Source: an uncultured Pirellulaceae bacterium (GTDB lineage Bacteria > Planctomycetota > Planctomycetia > Pirellulales > Pirellulaceae). Taken from it: 39,849 nt of DNA. The position numbers and the translations under genes are program-made. The notes under the pieces were generated by a model. The model had not been told where the DNA came from. It worked only from the letters and a program-made list of their open reading frames with translations, and searched no databases. Positions 37,824 through 39,849 of the stretch are shown here, piece by piece; position 1 is the first letter of the stretch, and each line of letters begins with the position of its first letter. The stretch covers positions 1 through 39,849 of the forward strand of contig CALDEW010000101.1 of the NCBI GenBank assembly GCA_937942355.1. The letters run 5' to 3'.

Positions 37824-39019
37824 CGGCGATACAGCCTCAGCGTTTGGCCATCTTGGGAATATCTACAATTCGTATCACGAAGAATCGCGTCCAGCAGTTC
37901 TTCAACCGTTGCGTCTTTCACCTGCACGGTGACGATGTCCTCAAGAATAGATTGGCAGTCTTCCGCGACCTCGACCTCCAGCGCTAATTGTTCGGCCACC
38001 GATTTAAGTATCAACCCGCGTTTGTTTTCTACCTTTAGTTGAAATCTCTTTTCTTCCAGCGATCGCATTTCGGGCTCAAAGGATTCAATCACGACGTTCC
38101 GCGCCATTTCAAGTTCCTGCGTAGGGCCAGTGATTGTGATCGCGCGTTTGGTTTTGGTGACTTTGCATGTGGGGGCCGTTTCCCTGAGCCGTTGCAGCAG
38201 TTCTTTGTCAGCGTCGTAGCCCGTCATACGCAGGGATGCCTTCAATGCTTTCGGCGGAGCGATGATCGAGATCGTTTTGCTGGACTTATTTTGTTTGAAC
38301 CAGCAATCGAACTGAGACAGCAACAACGCCAGCCGCATATCCAAACGCATCGGCGGTAGGTTCAGCTCGTACATTAAATCATGTTCGATTCTGTCGACGT
38401 CATTGATCTCTAAATCGTTTTCCATCGCCAATCGTTCCAAAACCTCTTTTGGCGTGCTTAGGTTTGGCCATGACATCACTTCGCTACGGCTCAAAACCGT
38501 TTGTTTTCTCTGGCGGCCACTGGCGAGAATGGCATTGATACCCAACAAGCGTTCTGCGTTTCTCGGCGGACCAAGGTAATAGCAATCGCCAAAGCGACAG
38601 AACTTCGTGCCGGTGGCTTGAGCAATACGTAACAAAAATTGCTCAATGGAGACGTTCTTAACCGTGAGGTCCAGTCGTTGATTGGGATCGACGCGCCGGT
38701 CGATCACGATGGCTAATTGCTGGCTTCGCGCGAAGTGCATTAGATGACTACGCAGTTCGGCGTGTTGCCATGATACCGAAATCGGGCTCTTGGAAAACTC
38801 GTCAAACGCCGCGCCCGTTCGCCACTTCACGATCTCATGTTCCGCATCTTGAGCCTCGCAGCAATTTACAGCTGATAGCAAGATGAACCAGCCTAAAGCG
38901 GTGACGTATAACAGCCACGCAAAAGATTGGAACAAAGGAACAAAATGCATGAAATTCGGCTGGTTTGACGAAACAAGGCCGAGATTCAGGGGCGTTGAAT
39001 TGGCTGGACTGTTGGTCAT
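37820..39019 (-). CDS. Exported protein with repeated STN/secretin-N0-like domains
   Basis: Hydrophobic leader ending CEA-QD; ISVSWQHAELR...IVIDRRVDPNQRLDLTVKNVSIEQFL and VTVQVKDATVEELLDAIL...YSQDGQTLRL; ATGA overlap with the DUF455 gene; start uncertain. Confidence 0.65.
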   Translation of the reverse strand: MTNSPANSTPLNLGLVSSNQPNFMHFVPLFQSFAWLLYVTALGWFILLSAVNCCEAQDAEHEIVKWRTGAAFDEFSKSPISVSWQHAELRSHLMHFARSQQLAIVIDRRVDPNQRLDLTVKNVSIEQFLLRIAQATGTKFCRFGDCYYLGPPRNAERLLGINAILASGRQRKQTVLSRSEVMSWPNLSTPKEVLERLAMENDLEINDVDRIEHDLMYELNLPPMRLDMRLALLLSQFDCWFKQNKSSKTISIIAPPKALKASLRMTGYDADKELLQRLRETAPTCKVTKTKRAITITGPTQELEMARNVVIESFEPEMRSLEEKRFQLKVENKRGLILKSVAEQLALEVEVAEDCQSILEDIVTVQVKDATVEELLDAILRDTNCRYSQDGQTLRLYRR

Positions 39020-39354
39020 AAATTTAGCGTCAAAGGTGTAGCGACTGTAATGACCGGAACATTAGGAACGGAAGAATAAGGTGTCAAACATCGATTCAAT
39101 AGCAACATCTGCCCTGCGGGGTTACCCATTCATCATATTCGTTACCGTTTGAATGAGAAACCGAGATCACATCAAAAACTTTGCCCAAGTTGTTTGCCAA
39201 TCCAAAGATCGTCGTTGAGCCATGTTGGCATCGCAATTACACTCGGAGTTCTACGAAATATGAGACGCGAAAACGAGCCATCTGAGGCCTGTTATTTCAA
39301 GCTCAAATTACTATTGTTTCAACAAGTGCAGTCCCAGAAAGGAGATCGGTTTTC

Positions 39355-39849
39355 ATGACAGAAGATTTTACCCGATTTCCCATGGTCGATTGCCTCTACC
39401 ATCGTTATCTGGCCGACGAAAATTCGGCGGCGTTCATTCAATCGGTATCTCAAGTTTACAGCTTGGGATCGCTGGAGCGTTTGGCTCGTTTTGGCCAGCC
39501 ACTGACGCGGCGAGCCGCTGTGTTGGCGATCGGGTTCTTGGGTGATTTCAATGTCAACGAAACCATGGGACGCGCATTGGTCGATGACGATCGCGGTGTA
39601 CGAATGTTGGCCGATCACGGTATTCGGCAAATCTGGATGCGGCAGGGATCAGCGGCCGAACAAAGTTCGGTAAAGCGTTTGCATTGGCTTTCGACCCGCC
39701 ATGAAATGGATCAGTTAATCGTAGAATCTACGATGCTGATCGAAGCCAATCCGACTTTGGCGGAAGCTTGGAATCAGCGCGCGATTGGTTTTTCCGCAGA
39801 AGGTGACTTAGAAGCTGCGATCGAAGACTGCAAAGAGACACTCAACTGC
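39355..39849 (+). CDS. HEAT-repeat/TPR protein (3' end beyond the window edge)
   Basis: Absent from the ORF track. ATG 39355 follows AAAGGAGA and the frame is open to the edge: TRRAAVLAIGFLGD...ALVDDDRGVRMLA (HEAT) and NPTLAEAWNQRAI...AAIEDCKETL (TPR). Confidence 0.85.
   Translation, partial: MTEDFTRFPMVDCLYHRYLADENSAAFIQSVSQVYSLGSLERLARFGQPLTRRAAVLAIGFLGDFNVNETMGRALVDDDRGVRMLADHGIRQIWMRQGSAAEQSSVKRLHWLSTRHEMDQLIVESTMLIEANPTLAEAWNQRAIGFSAEGDLEAAIEDCKETLNC

Noticed and set aside
39319-39630. 103-aa ORF on the minus strand
   Set aside because: Antisense to the HEAT/TPR gene, which has a strong RBS

Overview
Chromosomal window from a planctomycete, most likely a marine Pirellulales-type organism. 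This assignment is inferred from the Na+-NQR operon, a TIGR03067 domain, a planctomycete-type PQQ-like propeller, long secretin N-domain repeats and the fae/mtd C1 genes. From left to right it holds the nqrABCDEF operon (minus strand, nqrF running off the left edge) with a Rex-like box upstream. Next come an NTF2/DUF4440 protein, a Gfo/Idh/MocA oxidoreductase, a CPBP protease, pgsA, a VOC protein and an esterase-TIGR03067 fusion. A tetrahydromethanopterin formaldehyde module (mtd, fae, an ATP-grasp enzyme) sits next to rimO. A three-gene operon follows, encoding a secretin with about six N-domains, a lipoprotein and a degenerate FliG-like protein. Then come a Pro/Gln-rich secreted protein preceded by two LacI-type palindromes, TerB-like and trypsin-like proteins, an atypical SDR, a beta-propeller protein, MoxR plus DUF58, a GT2 and a membrane protein. 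The right end has a Tat-exported SELENBP1-like putative methanethiol oxidase, a Bpt/ATE transferase, a di-iron DUF455/ATP-grasp fusion coupled to a multi-STN protein, and a HEAT/TPR protein truncated at the edge. Three copies of a ~103-bp GTAG-type REPIN hairpin lie between convergent genes, and one supplies the stop codons of both flanking genes. No rRNA, tRNA, CRISPR array or transposase was seen. The best candidates for undescribed systems are the secretin-lipoprotein-FliG-like operon, the DUF455/ATP-grasp fusion, and a methanethiol-to-H4MPT route. All family calls rest on motif recognition, not on database searches.
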